64,000 nt of DNA from IMG/VR virus record IMGVR_UViG_3300017987_005500, one strand, 5' to 3'. The notes below the pieces were generated by a model, which searched no databases, was not told where the DNA came from, and was given only the letters and a program-made list of their open reading frames with translations. The stretch is from a virus. Lineage: Duplodnaviria; Heunggongvirae; Uroviricota; Caudoviricetes. Below, one piece after another: positions 1-10,505 of this stretch. The number at the start of each line of letters is the position of its first letter. Position 1 is the first letter of the stretch. The position numbers were made by a program, and so were the translations under genes.

Positions 1-1331
1 TTGATGGTAATGAGATGAATTATTTAGTGGGTCAGGACTTCATAACCCCGTATTTCATTGATGTCAACAGTTGGAAGACCCCAAGTTACCCTGCGACCGC
101 TTTAATGGACTCTGTAAAGGATTGGGAGCATCCTGATGTGTACACTCCTGAGTCTGATTGGTTTGCATTTGCAATTATTTCATGTTGGATATTTGTAGGG
201 ATTCATCCATTCAGAGGTAATCATCCAGATTATAAAGATAAAGATCTTCATGTGAAAACAATGAAAAGGACATTAGATAGAGTTTCAATTTTTAACCCTG
301 ATGTTCTTTTAGCACCTAATGCCAGACTTTCAAGTATTCCAAAGCATTATAAGGATTGGTATTTAAGAGTATTTGAAAAAGGTGAAAGATCAATGCCTCC
401 ATTGGAAGCTGGAATGATTGTTGCAGTTCCTATAGACGTGACTGTCATTAAAGGAACTGATAAATTTGAGATTAAGGAAATGAAAAAATATAGAGATGAG
501 ATAATTTGGTATGCTAGAGTTGAGGGAAGACATGTTATTAAAACAATGTCAGGAATTAGGATTGATAATAAAGAATATTCCTCCCATAAAGATGCCAATG
601 TTGTATTTTCTGAAAAGAAACAAGTCCCTATATTTTCAGTTGTTGATAAAACTGTAGGAAGTGAATTAAAATTTACCTCAATCTCTGCCGACATAAGAAA
701 GACAACTCCGCCAAGAGCAAGCGAAATTATGGTTGTTGGAAATCATTTGTATTATAGGAATCGAGGAAGTCTTGTTGAAATGTCAATGCATGATCACCCA
801 AGTTTAAATAGAGTGATCCCTGCTATGAAACATGACTGGCAAATTATGCCAAACTCAAGCACATTATTTGCTGGAGTTGTATTTCAAAACATGTTAGGAG
901 TTCCTTATATTTCAATTCCTCTTCCAAAGAGTGATAAAAATAGTTCATTCATTACAAAGAAAATACCTGAATTAGATGGTCATAAAATAATGGATGCTAA
1001 ACATGACAATCATGTTGTTACTTTATTTACTTCTTGTAAAGGCGATTATAAAATAATTGTCTTGAGGTTTGATAAAGAATATAATAAATATGACTGCCGA
1101 GAAATTATATGCTCTGACGTTGGAGATATAAATATGACAACTCTGGACAATGGAGTTTGTATTATGATTCCTGAAAATGGAATACTTGAAGTATTTGGAA
1201 ATAAACCTTTTGTAAATGATGTTAAATCAATACATGATCCTGTCATTGAAACTGATATGAGATTATGCAAGAATGGAACAACTGCAATGTTTCATAAAGG
1301 GAAATCCCTTTATACAATTAAAATGAAATAG
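1..1331 (+). CDS. Protein-kinase-like protein, 5'-truncated at window edge
   Basis: ORF is open to position 1. Motif 'YTPESDWFAFAIISCWIFVGIHPF' resembles Ser/Thr kinase subdomains VIII-IX (APE...DxWSxG...PF). Confidence 0.4.
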   Translation, partial: DGNEMNYLVGQDFITPYFIDVNSWKTPSYPATALMDSVKDWEHPDVYTPESDWFAFAIISCWIFVGIHPFRGNHPDYKDKDLHVKTMKRTLDRVSIFNPDVLLAPNARLSSIPKHYKDWYLRVFEKGERSMPPLEAGMIVAVPIDVTVIKGTDKFEIKEMKKYRDEIIWYARVEGRHVIKTMSGIRIDNKEYSSHKDANVVFSEKKQVPIFSVVDKTVGSELKFTSISADIRKTTPPRASEIMVVGNHLYYRNRGSLVEMSMHDHPSLNRVIPAMKHDWQIMPNSSTLFAGVVFQNMLGVPYISIPLPKSDKNSSFITKKIPELDGHKIMDAKHDNHVVTLFTSCKGDYKIIVLRFDKEYNKYDCREIICSDVGDINMTTLDNGVCIMIPENGILEVFGNKPFVNDVKSIHDPVIETDMRLCKNGTTAMFHKGKSLYTIKMK

Positions 1332-1339
1332 GTGAAAAT

Positions 1340-1675
1340 ATGACAGTTGAATTAATATTGCGTACAGATAGGGATCGCCTCCTTATAAGAGAAAGAAGGG
1401 TTAACGATATTGTTGATCCATATGAAGAAAGTGATGTGTATGGAGAAGAGATGACTGACTATACACATGAAATAGAAAAAAGATTAATTGAGCTTATTGC
1501 ATATACTCCAAAAGATCCTGAAGAACTCTCAAAAATAATTGAGAGTGCTAAACAAGAGTTTGCAAATCATTTGCTCTATGCAACGAAAAATGGAATCAGG
1601 CAAACACTCACACATCTTTGTATGCATGATGATATATCATTTAGAATAATTGATGAAAGTGACAGGAACCCATAA
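1340..1675 (+). CDS. Hypothetical protein (111 aa)
   Basis: Intact ORF; stop overlaps next start (ATGA coupling). Confidence 0.5.
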   Translation: MTVELILRTDRDRLLIRERRVNDIVDPYEESDVYGEEMTDYTHEIEKRLIELIAYTPKDPEELSKIIESAKQEFANHLLYATKNGIRQTLTHLCMHDDISFRIIDESDRNP

Positions 1676-3036
1676 TGATTGACGCGGATAAAATTGTTGA
1701 GACGCTATGTAAGTGTGGTTATGAAGCTTACATAGTTGGTGGAGCTGTGCGTGATATGTTTCTTAGCAAAGATCCTAATGATGAGGACATTGTCACAAAC
1801 GCTTCACCCGAAGAAATTGGATTGATTTTCAAAGATGAAAAAGTGGACATGGTAGGTGCTAACTTCCTGGTAACATTAGTAAATGGTATTGATGTCTCAA
1901 CATACCGCAAAGATATGAATACAAAACCAGGAAGGGAGAATTGTCAAGTAACTCAATGTAAAACTATTCAAGAGGATTTACATAAAAGGGATTTTACAAT
2001 TAATGCCATTGCGACATGTCCTTATACTGGGGAAATCATAGATCCATTTGATGGGAGAGAAGACTTAAAGAATAAAGTTATAAGATTTGTAGGTGAACCT
2101 GGTCAAAGAATTAAAGAGGATTATTTACGAATGTTAAGAGCTGCTAGATTTTGTTGCTTAATTAAAGGGACAATTCATCCAGACACAATGGATGCTCTTA
2201 AAGGTCATGCATATTTAGTTAATAATATAGCTTTTGAAAGAATAAGAACTGAACTCTTGAAAGTTATGGAATATGATGAACCAAGTATATTCTTTGATGT
2301 ATTATATAAAGCAGGAATTCTTGAAATATTATTTCCTGAACTTTATTTTATGTATGGACATACTGGAGGAAAGTATCATCAGGAAACTTTAGATGTTCAT
2401 TTCAAAATAACTGGAGATGTATTATCTCCAAATGATAAGATGTTAAGATTAACTGGTTACCTACATGACATAGGAAAACCAGCTGCTTATGCGATGAATG
2501 ATGGTGAAAATTTTGTTGATCATGAAAAGTATGGCGCTGATTTAGTTAGACATTATCTCACGAAATATAAATTTTCAACTGAGGAAATTGAAAGGTCTAC
2601 TAATTTAGTAAAGTATCACATGAGATCATTTTCACAGACTATCACAAATAAAGCAATTCGACGTATGTTAAGAAAATTTGTGGAACATAATATAAATTGG
2701 AAGGATTGGTTTAAACTTAAAGTTGCTGATAATTTAGCAAATATAGGAAAACCAAAATACACCAAAAAAGAGATTAAAGCATTTTCATTGAAAGTTAGAG
2801 AAGCAATGAACTATGAGGATAAATGCTTTAAAATTACCGACTTAAATATAAATGGGAATCAAGTAATGGAAATTACAGGATTATCACCCGGTAAAGAAAT
2901 CGGAGAAATCTTATCTCATTTATTTGACATTGTAATAGATACGCCTCAAATGAATAACTACGAAACTTTAAGTAATGTTGTTACTGGAATCTATAAACGA
3001 AAAAAAGAGGAGATGTCAAATGAAAGCGGTATCTAA
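1675..3036 (+). CDS. cca: CCA-adding enzyme / tRNA nucleotidyltransferase with HD domain
   Basis: N-terminal 'GGAVRDMFLSKDPNDEDIVT' is the class-II nucleotidyltransferase head motif (GGxVRDxLLGxxxxDxDxxT); 'LHDIGK' is an HD motif; 453 aa. Confidence 0.8.
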   Translation: MIDADKIVETLCKCGYEAYIVGGAVRDMFLSKDPNDEDIVTNASPEEIGLIFKDEKVDMVGANFLVTLVNGIDVSTYRKDMNTKPGRENCQVTQCKTIQEDLHKRDFTINAIATCPYTGEIIDPFDGREDLKNKVIRFVGEPGQRIKEDYLRMLRAARFCCLIKGTIHPDTMDALKGHAYLVNNIAFERIRTELLKVMEYDEPSIFFDVLYKAGILEILFPELYFMYGHTGGKYHQETLDVHFKITGDVLSPNDKMLRLTGYLHDIGKPAAYAMNDGENFVDHEKYGADLVRHYLTKYKFSTEEIERSTNLVKYHMRSFSQTITNKAIRRMLRKFVEHNINWKDWFKLKVADNLANIGKPKYTKKEIKAFSLKVREAMNYEDKCFKITDLNINGNQVMEITGLSPGKEIGEILSHLFDIVIDTPQMNNYETLSNVVTGIYKRKKEEMSNESGI

Positions 3037-4141
3037 GAAATTTCAGGAATTGATGGATGAGTCAATCGTTAAAGTTATTTTGGACAAAACAAGTAATATT
3101 GACTCAGTGATTGGTGAAGTCAAATCCTGGTGGAGTTATGATTTATTCAACAGGAAACCCGGACCTGCTTATCAGGAAGATGGTACATTTGTAGGGACTG
3201 ACTTGGACATGGCGTGTTTTCTCTATGAGTTAGCTGAGAGAGGAGCTGCCATAAATATTCCTGAATACAAATCTTTTCGTCAGACCAAATTCAAAGAAGG
3301 TCAGATGTTGACGAGTAAAGATAATCGTCATGGTATTTTGAAAGGACTTGTTTCAAATAAAGAAACATGGGTCTTTAGCATTAACATGATTGATCAAAAT
3401 GTTATGACCTCAGATGGAACTGGAGATTCAAGAACATTTTCTTTAACAGACTTTAAAGGGAAATGGTATGATGGATGGAAAGATCTTCAATTCATCGGCA
3501 CTGCAAAAGAAAATGGTTGGTTGATGGAGAATAAACTCCTAACTGACAATAAAATTATATTCAGAGATTTTATTCACCCTAATCGGTGGACATCATTCTT
3601 TGGAGTTAAATACTTCATTACAAAGCTTCTTATTCAACGACTGACTGAAGAAGCGAGTCATTATTATAAACAAGTAAAGAGAATGAAAGAAGAAGGAATT
3701 ACTTTTGCTCCAGGCGGCGGAGCAACATCACCAGCATCATATACAGATAAATCAGTAGACAAAGGAAAACAAATTACTGTCGACGCATTTGAAGTCGAAC
3801 TTGACGTACCGCCAAATGACACAAAGTTTCCTGAATATGAAAGTAGTCAGGAAAACTATACGGAATTATACAGAAAAAGAAATAACTTTGTATTCGGAGT
3901 TGGTCCAGCTCTAAGATTTATGACAAGGGCAACTGAGTATGCACACTTTAAAAATCCTGATCGCTTTCCGCATTGGATAAAAGGCGCGGAATGGGTACAT
4001 GAATATAAACAAAAAGGTAAAAAGAAAGTTTGGAGTCGTTTAGTACTTTGCCAGCCAGAGAATTTTAAATTAGGACTTGCTTTAAGAAAAAGAACCTGGC
4101 CAAAAAGCACAAGAGTCTCCGAAGATTATGAAGAAAAATAA
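3019..4141 (+). CDS. Hypothetical protein (~374 aa)
   Basis: Long ORF. Probable start ATG 3019 (MKAVSKK) follows GAGGAG SD. The ORF-track start at 2975 overlaps the cca gene end. Confidence 0.55.
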
Positions 4142-4148
4142 ACTATAA

Positions 4149-4454
4149 ATGGAGGATATTATTATCATTGATTTTAAAGCATTAATACAAATGTTAAGTG
4201 AAGCATCTAATGGTAAGATGCGTATGTTTGATGACACTAACGATCCTGGGAAAGTTAGGATTGCTGGACTTGCTGTTGATAGTGAAAGACCTACGAGAGT
4301 ATTATATGCACATGACCTTCCCACAACAGCTGAGGATTATATGATGCTCACCTGGGGAAAGGCATTTGGGTTTGAACATCCTGCGTTAGTAGAATATGAT
4401 GAGCAAGGGAGAATGATAGATGGCGAAATTGAGCAAAATAATCAGACAGAATAA
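4149..4454 (+). CDS. Hypothetical protein (101 aa)
   Basis: ORF preceded by 'aaatggaggatatt' RBS-like sequence. Confidence 0.45.
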   Translation: MEDIIIIDFKALIQMLSEASNGKMRMFDDTNDPGKVRIAGLAVDSERPTRVLYAHDLPTTAEDYMMLTWGKAFGFEHPALVEYDEQGRMIDGEIEQNNQTE

Positions 4455-4689
4455 TAATTCCTCAAGATATACATTTATAAGACAAATGTTAGGTGGCGAA
4501 ACATGCCAAAGATGTAATAATAAATCATCATCCCATACAATGAGTATGTTTAATACAGATATAATATGTATGGAATGTAAACAATCAGAGATGAAATTAC
4601 CTGAATATGAAGCAGCTCGACAAAAAGAGACTGAAGAATGTTTAAAAGGCAATTTCAATTTTGAAGGGATTGGTCTCCCTACAGGATAA
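4420..4689 (+). CDS. Small Cys-rich (zinc-finger-like) protein
   Basis: 'CQRCNN...CMECKQ' CxxC pairs; followed by terminator at ~4718-4755. Confidence 0.4.
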   Translation: MAKLSKIIRQNNNSSRYTFIRQMLGGETCQRCNNKSSSHTMSMFNTDIICMECKQSEMKLPEYEAARQKETEECLKGNFNFEGIGLPTG

Positions 4690-4717
4690 CCTCCGTTAAA
4701 GACCTCCTACCTACTGT

Positions 4718-4755
4718 GTCCCTGAGAGAAGTTTCTCAGGGGCACTTTTTTTTCG
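4718..4755 (+). terminator. Rho-independent terminator
   Basis: Hairpin 'ccctgaga-gaagtt-tctcaggg' followed by T8 run. Confidence 0.7.
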
Positions 4756-4853
4756 TCGTTCTTCTCATTATAAAATTCCTAGTTATATATATAAATTAAT
4801 GAGGAAGGTTTGCAATTAATTTTTTAATTGAGAATATTTATAAATTAAGGAGA

Positions 4854-5117
4854 GTGCCAATGAGTGAAATTAAAAGTTGTGAAGGAAAGATGCCTCCTAA
4901 CAATGTACTCGAAAAAGATGGACAATTATTATGTAACGATAGTAGACGAGAGAACTGTGAACATCATATCATTTATTGCAAAGACTCTGGTGACATTGAT
5001 CTCTGCGATTATTTCAATGCTAAAGCTGGAATTAAAACTGCTTCAGATATTGATAAAATTGATAATGTAGTTGACTTTGAATCAATTGAAAAACCCAATA
5101 GGAGAATGCATGGATAA
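4854..5117 (+). CDS. Hypothetical protein (~85 aa)
   Basis: SD 'taaggagag' immediately upstream; likely ATG at 4860. Alternative overlapping frame 4864..5070 rejected. Confidence 0.45.
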   Translation: MPMSEIKSCEGKMPPNNVLEKDGQLLCNDSRRENCEHHIIYCKDSGDIDLCDYFNAKAGIKTASDIDKIDNVVDFESIEKPNRRMHG

Positions 5118-5245
5118 TATCTTAATTTTTATAGATGTACAAAATTCTTTTATAAAACCTAAAGAAAAAGATTTATGGCCAGATCATTGTATGATTGAAA
5201 ATAGCGATGAAATCATTTGGTATTGATGTGGAGGAATTCCAATAA

Positions 5246-5563
5246 TTGGAACTGATGGCAAATGCCCTATATGTGGTGAATTTTATAACTAAGGAGAGGA
5301 TGAACATGATAAACTGGACAATTCATAATTTGAATATACTTTCTACTGAGTTTAGAGAATCAATTGTAAGAAATACAAAACTTGATATAAAAGCGAAAGT
5401 AAGATTGGGACAATGTGGAAATGGACAAATGCCAAATTACCAAGTTGAGCATGAAAATGGAACAGTTGTTACATTTAGCGGAAGAAATCATCAAGAACTT
5501 GGTCATGAGTATTTCAATCCTAATAATGTTTCAGATTGCTTTTCTATTCAGCAACTTATATAG
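5246..5563 (+). CDS. Hypothetical protein (105 aa)
   Basis: ORF with 'aaggagagg' RBS upstream. Confidence 0.45.
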   Translation: MELMANALYVVNFITKERMNMINWTIHNLNILSTEFRESIVRNTKLDIKAKVRLGQCGNGQMPNYQVEHENGTVVTFSGRNHQELGHEYFNPNNVSDCFSIQQLI

Positions 5564-6006
5564 AAGGAGATTTTATTATGGTAGCATTAGCTATTTGGAC
5601 AGATAGTGATATTGAAAGACTTATTAAAAATGCCGAAGAAAATGTAATTTCTTTAGAAGAAATGAAAAAACTTTCGGGAGGTGACCCTACTCCAGTACCC
5701 GGAGATGATGGAAGATTTGTATTGCTAATTCAGCCATATTATAGAGTTGTGTTTACTCATGAAGAGCATCCTAATGGAAGAATTAGACATATGTCTATAT
5801 CTACCATGGGTAAAATAATGCCAACACCAATACTTGAAATTCTTGTAAAAGAACTTGGTTTTGTAAATCCTCTTAACAAGTGTAAATGTTTTGTTGAACC
5901 ACCTCATGGGGAAGAATGTTTAGAAGCTTTAAATATCATGGATCCAATTGATGGGAATTGGGAACCTCATATGATAAAGGATGGTGATGATGGACATAAT
6001 GCATAA
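5536..6006 (+). CDS. Hypothetical protein; shares domain with 6948..7766
   Basis: 'ILVKELGFVNPLNKC...IMDPIDGNWEPH' parallels 'KVLIDLFGFKNPIEEC...IIDPIDGDWSKH' in the 6948 gene. Confidence 0.5.
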   Translation: MLFYSATYIEGDFIMVALAIWTDSDIERLIKNAEENVISLEEMKKLSGGDPTPVPGDDGRFVLLIQPYYRVVFTHEEHPNGRIRHMSISTMGKIMPTPILEILVKELGFVNPLNKCKCFVEPPHGEECLEALNIMDPIDGNWEPHMIKDGDDGHNA

Positions 6007-6334
6007 AGATACTGTAGCTAAAATGATTGAAGTTGCAAAAAAGAATTTAATAAACGAAGAGGGTTATAAAGCTCTTAAAGAGTCTGGTGAAATCTCAGAT
6101 ATATTTATATTTAGAACATTTGATCATAGGATTGCTTATGTCCATATAAATCTTAATGGACATTTATGGCATTGTATCTCAATTGCAACATCTAAAAATA
6201 TGGGTAAAGACCTTGCCGATGACATTGGATTTGTAATGGACATATTCAAATTCAGGCGAGATGGCAATGGTAAAAGCTATTGGGGTGAGGTTGCTGGAGA
6301 ATATTTATTTACATTTTTGGAGGTTCTTGTATGA
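5981..6334 (+). CDS. Hypothetical protein (117 aa)
   Basis: ORF, overlapping-start coupling with neighbours. Confidence 0.45.
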   Translation: MVMMDIMHKDTVAKMIEVAKKNLINEEGYKALKESGEISDIFIFRTFDHRIAYVHINLNGHLWHCISIATSKNMGKDLADDIGFVMDIFKFRRDGNGKSYWGEVAGEYLFTFLEVLV

Positions 6335-6945
6335 CAATTATTAATGCAAATGAGGTTGACGATACGCCGGAAGAAATGTTTGGACCGTATGTTGATAGGA
6401 ATTCATCTATTGAATTACTTAGAGAGATTGTAAAATTAACCAATTCAGATATTGGATTACATGAAGAGTTTAATGTAAGTAATCGGACATTAGCAAGTTG
6501 GTTATTTCATAGTAAAATTCCATCAGTTAAAAATGCAAGTAAGATTGCATTCTTCTACATTTTATTTTATGACAGGTTATTATTCGCCACAGTAATTTTG
6601 AATATTATTGATCCTAAAGTGTTTGAAGGTGAAAATTATAAAACTGAAACTATAGATGTAATGTATGATATTAACGCGAAGCTTCATACAATTTCTTTAT
6701 TAAGAAATGATATTAATGACAAAGCACTGATTGAAGAATTTGATAAAATTGAGTATCTGTGGTATTCTGCGTATGGATTGATAGACTTTTTATATGATCT
6801 TAAAATTAGTAAATCATCTATAGATTATGTGGCATCTGTCTTCAATGAAAAAATTAAAGATCTTAAAGATTGTAAAATTAATGAGATAAATGACTTCCGC
6901 CAATACTTTGAGGAACTGAATATTTTAGATGATTTGGAGGACTGA
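6331..6945 (+). CDS. Hypothetical protein (204 aa)
   Basis: ORF; ATGA overlap with previous gene. Confidence 0.5.
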   Translation: MTIINANEVDDTPEEMFGPYVDRNSSIELLREIVKLTNSDIGLHEEFNVSNRTLASWLFHSKIPSVKNASKIAFFYILFYDRLLFATVILNIIDPKVFEGENYKTETIDVMYDINAKLHTISLLRNDINDKALIEEFDKIEYLWYSAYGLIDFLYDLKISKSSIDYVASVFNEKIKDLKDCKINEINDFRQYFEELNILDDLED

Positions 6946-6947
6946 AG

Positions 6948-7766
6948 ATGAAAAAGTTGGGTATCAGACTGGATAAGAGAAAGATTGATGATCTTATTGA
7001 ATATGCTATGAATAACATTGTCGATATGAATGAAGTAAAAGATACATTTCTTAATTCGGTTAAAGATGAAACTACAATATCCGGAGAAGACTTTGGAATA
7101 GGCAAAGAAAGTATAATGGAAATCGAACCTGCATTTTATGCAAAATTCACTATAGATAAATATGGTGATGAACTTATGAGACATTTATCAATTGGTGTAA
7201 CTGATCCAGTACTTAGAGCAGCGACTAGAGGAATTCCACCAGGTCCTTTAATTAAAGTTTTAATTGATTTATTTGGATTTAAAAATCCTATTGAAGAATG
7301 TTTTGTTAATGCAAGTTCTCTGAGAAATGGAGCGGTTACCATAATCGATCCCATTGATGGAGATTGGAGCAAACATAAATTATTTGCAATGGCAAGAGAT
7401 GCGATGAATGATCATTCTCTTATTCAACACATTAAAAGTTTTATTGGAGTCAAAGTAAGTGAAGAAGATTGTGAGAATTGTGATGATGATTGTCCTGGTT
7501 GTCATGATAAAGATGATGATTTTGTTAAACCAGGTCATGGCAATTTAATGGATGCCATTAAAGATTTAATGAGTGAACATATGGACTGTGATGGGGATTG
7601 TGCAAATTGTGATAAACATGATGACCCTAAACATCATGGAAATATTCCAAGCAGTCTTAACGACTTCATTGAGACAGTAGGTAAGTCAGTCGAGAGGTTC
7701 CAAGGTAATGAAAATTTGCCACCTGGAATGCAAAGCTTGAAAAGCAAAAAACCTACATTTCATTAA
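6948..7766 (+). CDS. Hypothetical protein with Cys/His/Asp-rich C-terminal region; paralogous domain to 5536..6006
   Basis: Shared 'FGFKNP...DPIDGDW' block; C-terminal 'CENCDDDCPGCHDKDDD...CDGDCANCDKHDD' metal-binding-like cluster. Confidence 0.5.
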   Translation: MKKLGIRLDKRKIDDLIEYAMNNIVDMNEVKDTFLNSVKDETTISGEDFGIGKESIMEIEPAFYAKFTIDKYGDELMRHLSIGVTDPVLRAATRGIPPGPLIKVLIDLFGFKNPIEECFVNASSLRNGAVTIIDPIDGDWSKHKLFAMARDAMNDHSLIQHIKSFIGVKVSEEDCENCDDDCPGCHDKDDDFVKPGHGNLMDAIKDLMSEHMDCDGDCANCDKHDDPKHHGNIPSSLNDFIETVGKSVERFQGNENLPPGMQSLKSKKPTFH

Positions 7767-7793
7767 GATTAGAATTACAGTAAGGAGAAACCC

Positions 7794-8150
7794 ATGGCGA
7801 AAAAGAGTCATAATAACAAGATTGATATGAGCATGTTAGAAGACTTTAGAGAAAAGTTAGAATTAGAATTTCCTGAAGAAATTATCACTTTTAATTATGC
7901 TGAGGTGAAAAAGACGAGGCGGTACGTAAGAAAAATAGTTGAACTAATGACCGGAACCGAGAGGGGAGCGTATGAATATGCTAATCCTTATATAGGTGCT
8001 GGAACAACAAACTTGATTTTACATGATGTTAACATAAGTCAATATCAAATGAATACAATGAAAAATTTAATCGATTCTGGATTTCCGGATGCATTTGTAG
8101 CTAAAATATTCAGGGACCTTAAAGTATACTGGAGAGGAGCTCCAAGATAA
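7794..8150 (+). CDS. Hypothetical protein (118 aa)
   Basis: ORF with 'taaggagaaaccc' RBS; ends before bidirectional terminator. Confidence 0.5.
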   Translation: MAKKSHNNKIDMSMLEDFREKLELEFPEEIITFNYAEVKKTRRYVRKIVELMTGTERGAYEYANPYIGAGTTNLILHDVNISQYQMNTMKNLIDSGFPDAFVAKIFRDLKVYWRGAPR

Positions 8151-8159
8151 ATACTGACG

Positions 8160-8203
8160 AAAAAAATGACCCTCAAGTCACTTAAGTACTTGAGGGTCAT
8201 TTA
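8160..8203. terminator. Bidirectional rho-independent terminator between convergent genes
   Basis: Near-perfect palindrome 'gaccctcaagt...acttgagggtc' flanked by A7 on one side and 'attt' on the other. On the minus strand it reads hairpin + T7, downstream of the capsid gene. Confidence 0.7.
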
Positions 8204-8259
8204 TGCGGCATATAGGGGTAGCGAAGCCCTATCAGGGAATAAACTTTTTTTACCTTACA

Positions 8260-9711
8260 TTAGGTAATTTGACAAATAGCAATACCATTTGATCTAACAA
8301 GAGTTGTTGCATATCTTGAAAGAATTGTCAAGCTTGGTGTTGCTCCTAATGGGTAAGGATGCAAGATTGCTGGTACATAAGGTGAGTAATAATAAACAGC
8401 TTTGAGTTCTTCAGTTGGGCGATATGTCATAAGCATAGTGCCTTGAGGAACGACTGCTGAAGTGAAAACTCTCCATTTTCCGCCAGCAACTGTGGCGCTT
8501 CGATATCCAAGATCGCCATCATTTACTGAAGTACCAGTGTAATTAAATCCTTGGAGATCTTCAAGAATAACAACGTCAAGAGGATTTGCAAGAATTGTAT
8601 TTGCTGCGTCCATATTTGTGTCAGTATAAACCTGAGCTGAAAGTGTATTGAGATCATAAACAATATTTTCATGCCAGTATTTAATACCCCAAGTGTATCC
8701 AGCAGGTGGATTTTTAGGGAATGCTCTAAGATGAGAAGAAGCATTTAATCTTGTATTTGCTGTGATCAATGCATTTACGATTTCTCTATCAATGTCAAGA
8801 GCGATTTGCTGACCAAGAATGTTAACGATTTCAGCTTGCATAGAAACATCAAATAGAGCTCTCATATCTTGCTCCATATTGATAGTCCAGTTAGCGCTGA
8901 TTTGTCTGTCTTTCGCATAAAGACGAACTTTGTCAACATAAAGTTGAACAGAAGGATTGATTTTATTTTCCTCAAGAGAACATGTAACTTCATATCTTAT
9001 TGAAGTGACAAGTCCTGTTGTACTGGAAACATCAACGGTTCCATTGAGATAGTCAACTTTTCCTGAAAGCACATCAGTGTTATTACCAATTGTAACACTT
9101 TGTGAGAAATGTCCTTCAACAGCTGGGATGATTGAAACTTCAACGAAGTTTGTACCATCTGAAGAAACTGCTGTAATTTGGAAATCTCTTTCAAGATGAG
9201 CTTGGTCTTTTGTCAAGGAAGCAACTGCAAGAATATCATAATTATTGCTTGGAACAGGCATTGCTGCAGCAATTGGAGTACCAATACTTGGTCCGCCAGA
9301 TATATCTTTTGAAGTTACAGGTGCGTCATATTGTTCAGATGAATTGGATGGTGAAAATTTAGCTTTGATGAAAGCTTTAATTGTTTCAGGTTTGTCCATT
9401 GGAGAAACTGTGATTGCTTCTTTGGCAACGAGTTTCGGATAGAACACTCTAAGAATAGGCATTGTTAGAGTTTCATATGGATTTATTTGAAACATTGAAT
9501 TTTCAAGAAGATTTATTCTGGTATTTTCGGCAAGTACCTTAAAATCAGCTTGATCTTTTTTGCTTTCAATTGACTCAGCGAGTCCAGTTACATAAGCGTC
9601 AAATGCTGTGTCATTAATTAAGACCTCTTTAATATTACCAGGTTTTGAAGGGTCAACCCCGGAAATCTTTTTCGTAGTCTTATAGACCTCTAGCAGAACT
9701 TCTTTTTCCAT
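8260..9711 (-). CDS. Major capsid protein candidate (483 aa)
   Basis: Large ORF at the end of a portal-protease-scaffold-capsid ordered block, followed by a strong terminator, with a GGAGG RBS. Assignment is by position and size only. Confidence 0.4.
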   Translation of the reverse strand: MEKEVLLEVYKTTKKISGVDPSKPGNIKEVLINDTAFDAYVTGLAESIESKKDQADFKVLAENTRINLLENSMFQINPYETLTMPILRVFYPKLVAKEAITVSPMDKPETIKAFIKAKFSPSNSSEQYDAPVTSKDISGGPSIGTPIAAAMPVPSNNYDILAVASLTKDQAHLERDFQITAVSSDGTNFVEVSIIPAVEGHFSQSVTIGNNTDVLSGKVDYLNGTVDVSSTTGLVTSIRYEVTCSLEENKINPSVQLYVDKVRLYAKDRQISANWTINMEQDMRALFDVSMQAEIVNILGQQIALDIDREIVNALITANTRLNASSHLRAFPKNPPAGYTWGIKYWHENIVYDLNTLSAQVYTDTNMDAANTILANPLDVVILEDLQGFNYTGTSVNDGDLGYRSATVAGGKWRVFTSAVVPQGTMLMTYRPTEELKAVYYYSPYVPAILHPYPLGATPSLTILSRYATTLVRSNGIAICQIT

Positions 9712-9739
9712 TATAATTTCCTCCGTGTTTAGTTAACTG

Positions 9740-10147
9740 TTACTTAAACCTTTTACTTATTGTTTTTGTAACATCTCTTAAATGAAATTCTAATTTTTGT
9801 TCTGGAAGGTTATCTAAAACTTTAAGTAGAACGATCACTTCATTTCTAAAACTTGAGTCATATCCCAATCCCGCAGTTACTAGTCGACTAATTTTCTCGA
9901 GTAATTGTTTAATTTTTCTCTTTTTTTCTAATTGACTAATATGGTTTTCTAACATCGTTTTCTTTTCAAGCACATCTTGTCTCAACGAGTTTAATGTATT
10001 TTTCAGCTCAGTGTATTCACTTTGCTTACTTACATAAAATTCGTCTAGCAATGGCGAAATATTTTCAATGACCCGATTGCCAAGATCGGCCTTAGCTTGA
10101 TTGATATTCTTACTTATGTCTGGGATGTTAGTGACTGTGATTTTCAT
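9740..10147 (-). CDS. Scaffold-like coiled-coil protein (135 aa)
   Basis: Charged, heptad-rich sequence (LEKKRKIKQLLEKISRL...) immediately upstream of capsid candidate. Confidence 0.35.
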   Translation of the reverse strand: MKITVTNIPDISKNINQAKADLGNRVIENISPLLDEFYVSKQSEYTELKNTLNSLRQDVLEKKTMLENHISQLEKKRKIKQLLEKISRLVTAGLGYDSSFRNEVIVLLKVLDNLPEQKLEFHLRDVTKTISKRFK

Positions 10148-10455
10148 ATTTCACTTCCTAAGATTTCAAGTAACCTTGACTTCATAGCAAAATTTTGCTC
10201 ATCAAGATCTTTAATTTTTCGCGTAGTTTCACTTTCAATGGTATTCGCTTGATCTAACAATTTTTGTTGCTTAACAACCTTCGTGTTTAGGGATTTAATT
10301 TTGTCGTCTAATTTCATGTTCTCTTCTCTGACAGAGAAATTTTTATCTGTCTTAGCAATAGCGAAAACATGATTAAGTACGGTGGAAAGGAAATCCCTAT
10401 TTTTCCTTTGTTCTCGTTTCCATCCAGGTTTAGAACGCTTTATTTCCATATTCAC
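10144..10455 (-). CDS. Scaffold-like coiled-coil protein (103 aa)
   Basis: Lys/Glu-rich coiled-coil-like sequence; ATGA overlap with downstream gene. Confidence 0.35.
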   Translation of the reverse strand: MNMEIKRSKPGWKREQRKNRDFLSTVLNHVFAIAKTDKNFSVREENMKLDDKIKSLNTKVVKQQKLLDQANTIESETTRKIKDLDEQNFAMKSRLLEILGSEI

Positions 10456-10505
10456 TCCCCTGTTTCATTCTTCACTGTGTTTTCACATATAGTTACTTTC
10501 TTTAT

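Noticed and set aside
347-1270. Minus-strand ORFs 347-694 and 1046-1270
   Set aside because: Lie antisense within the long plus-strand kinase-like ORF. No RBS.
4864-5070. Overlapping alternative-frame ORF 4864-5070
   Set aside because: Hydrophobic low-complexity frame inside a better-supported ORF (4854/4860-5117) that has a strong SD.
9245-9442. Small plus-strand ORFs inside large minus-strand genes (e.g. 9245-9442, 14049-14471, 18132-18502, 29115-29306)
   Set aside because: Embedded antisense in well-supported long genes.
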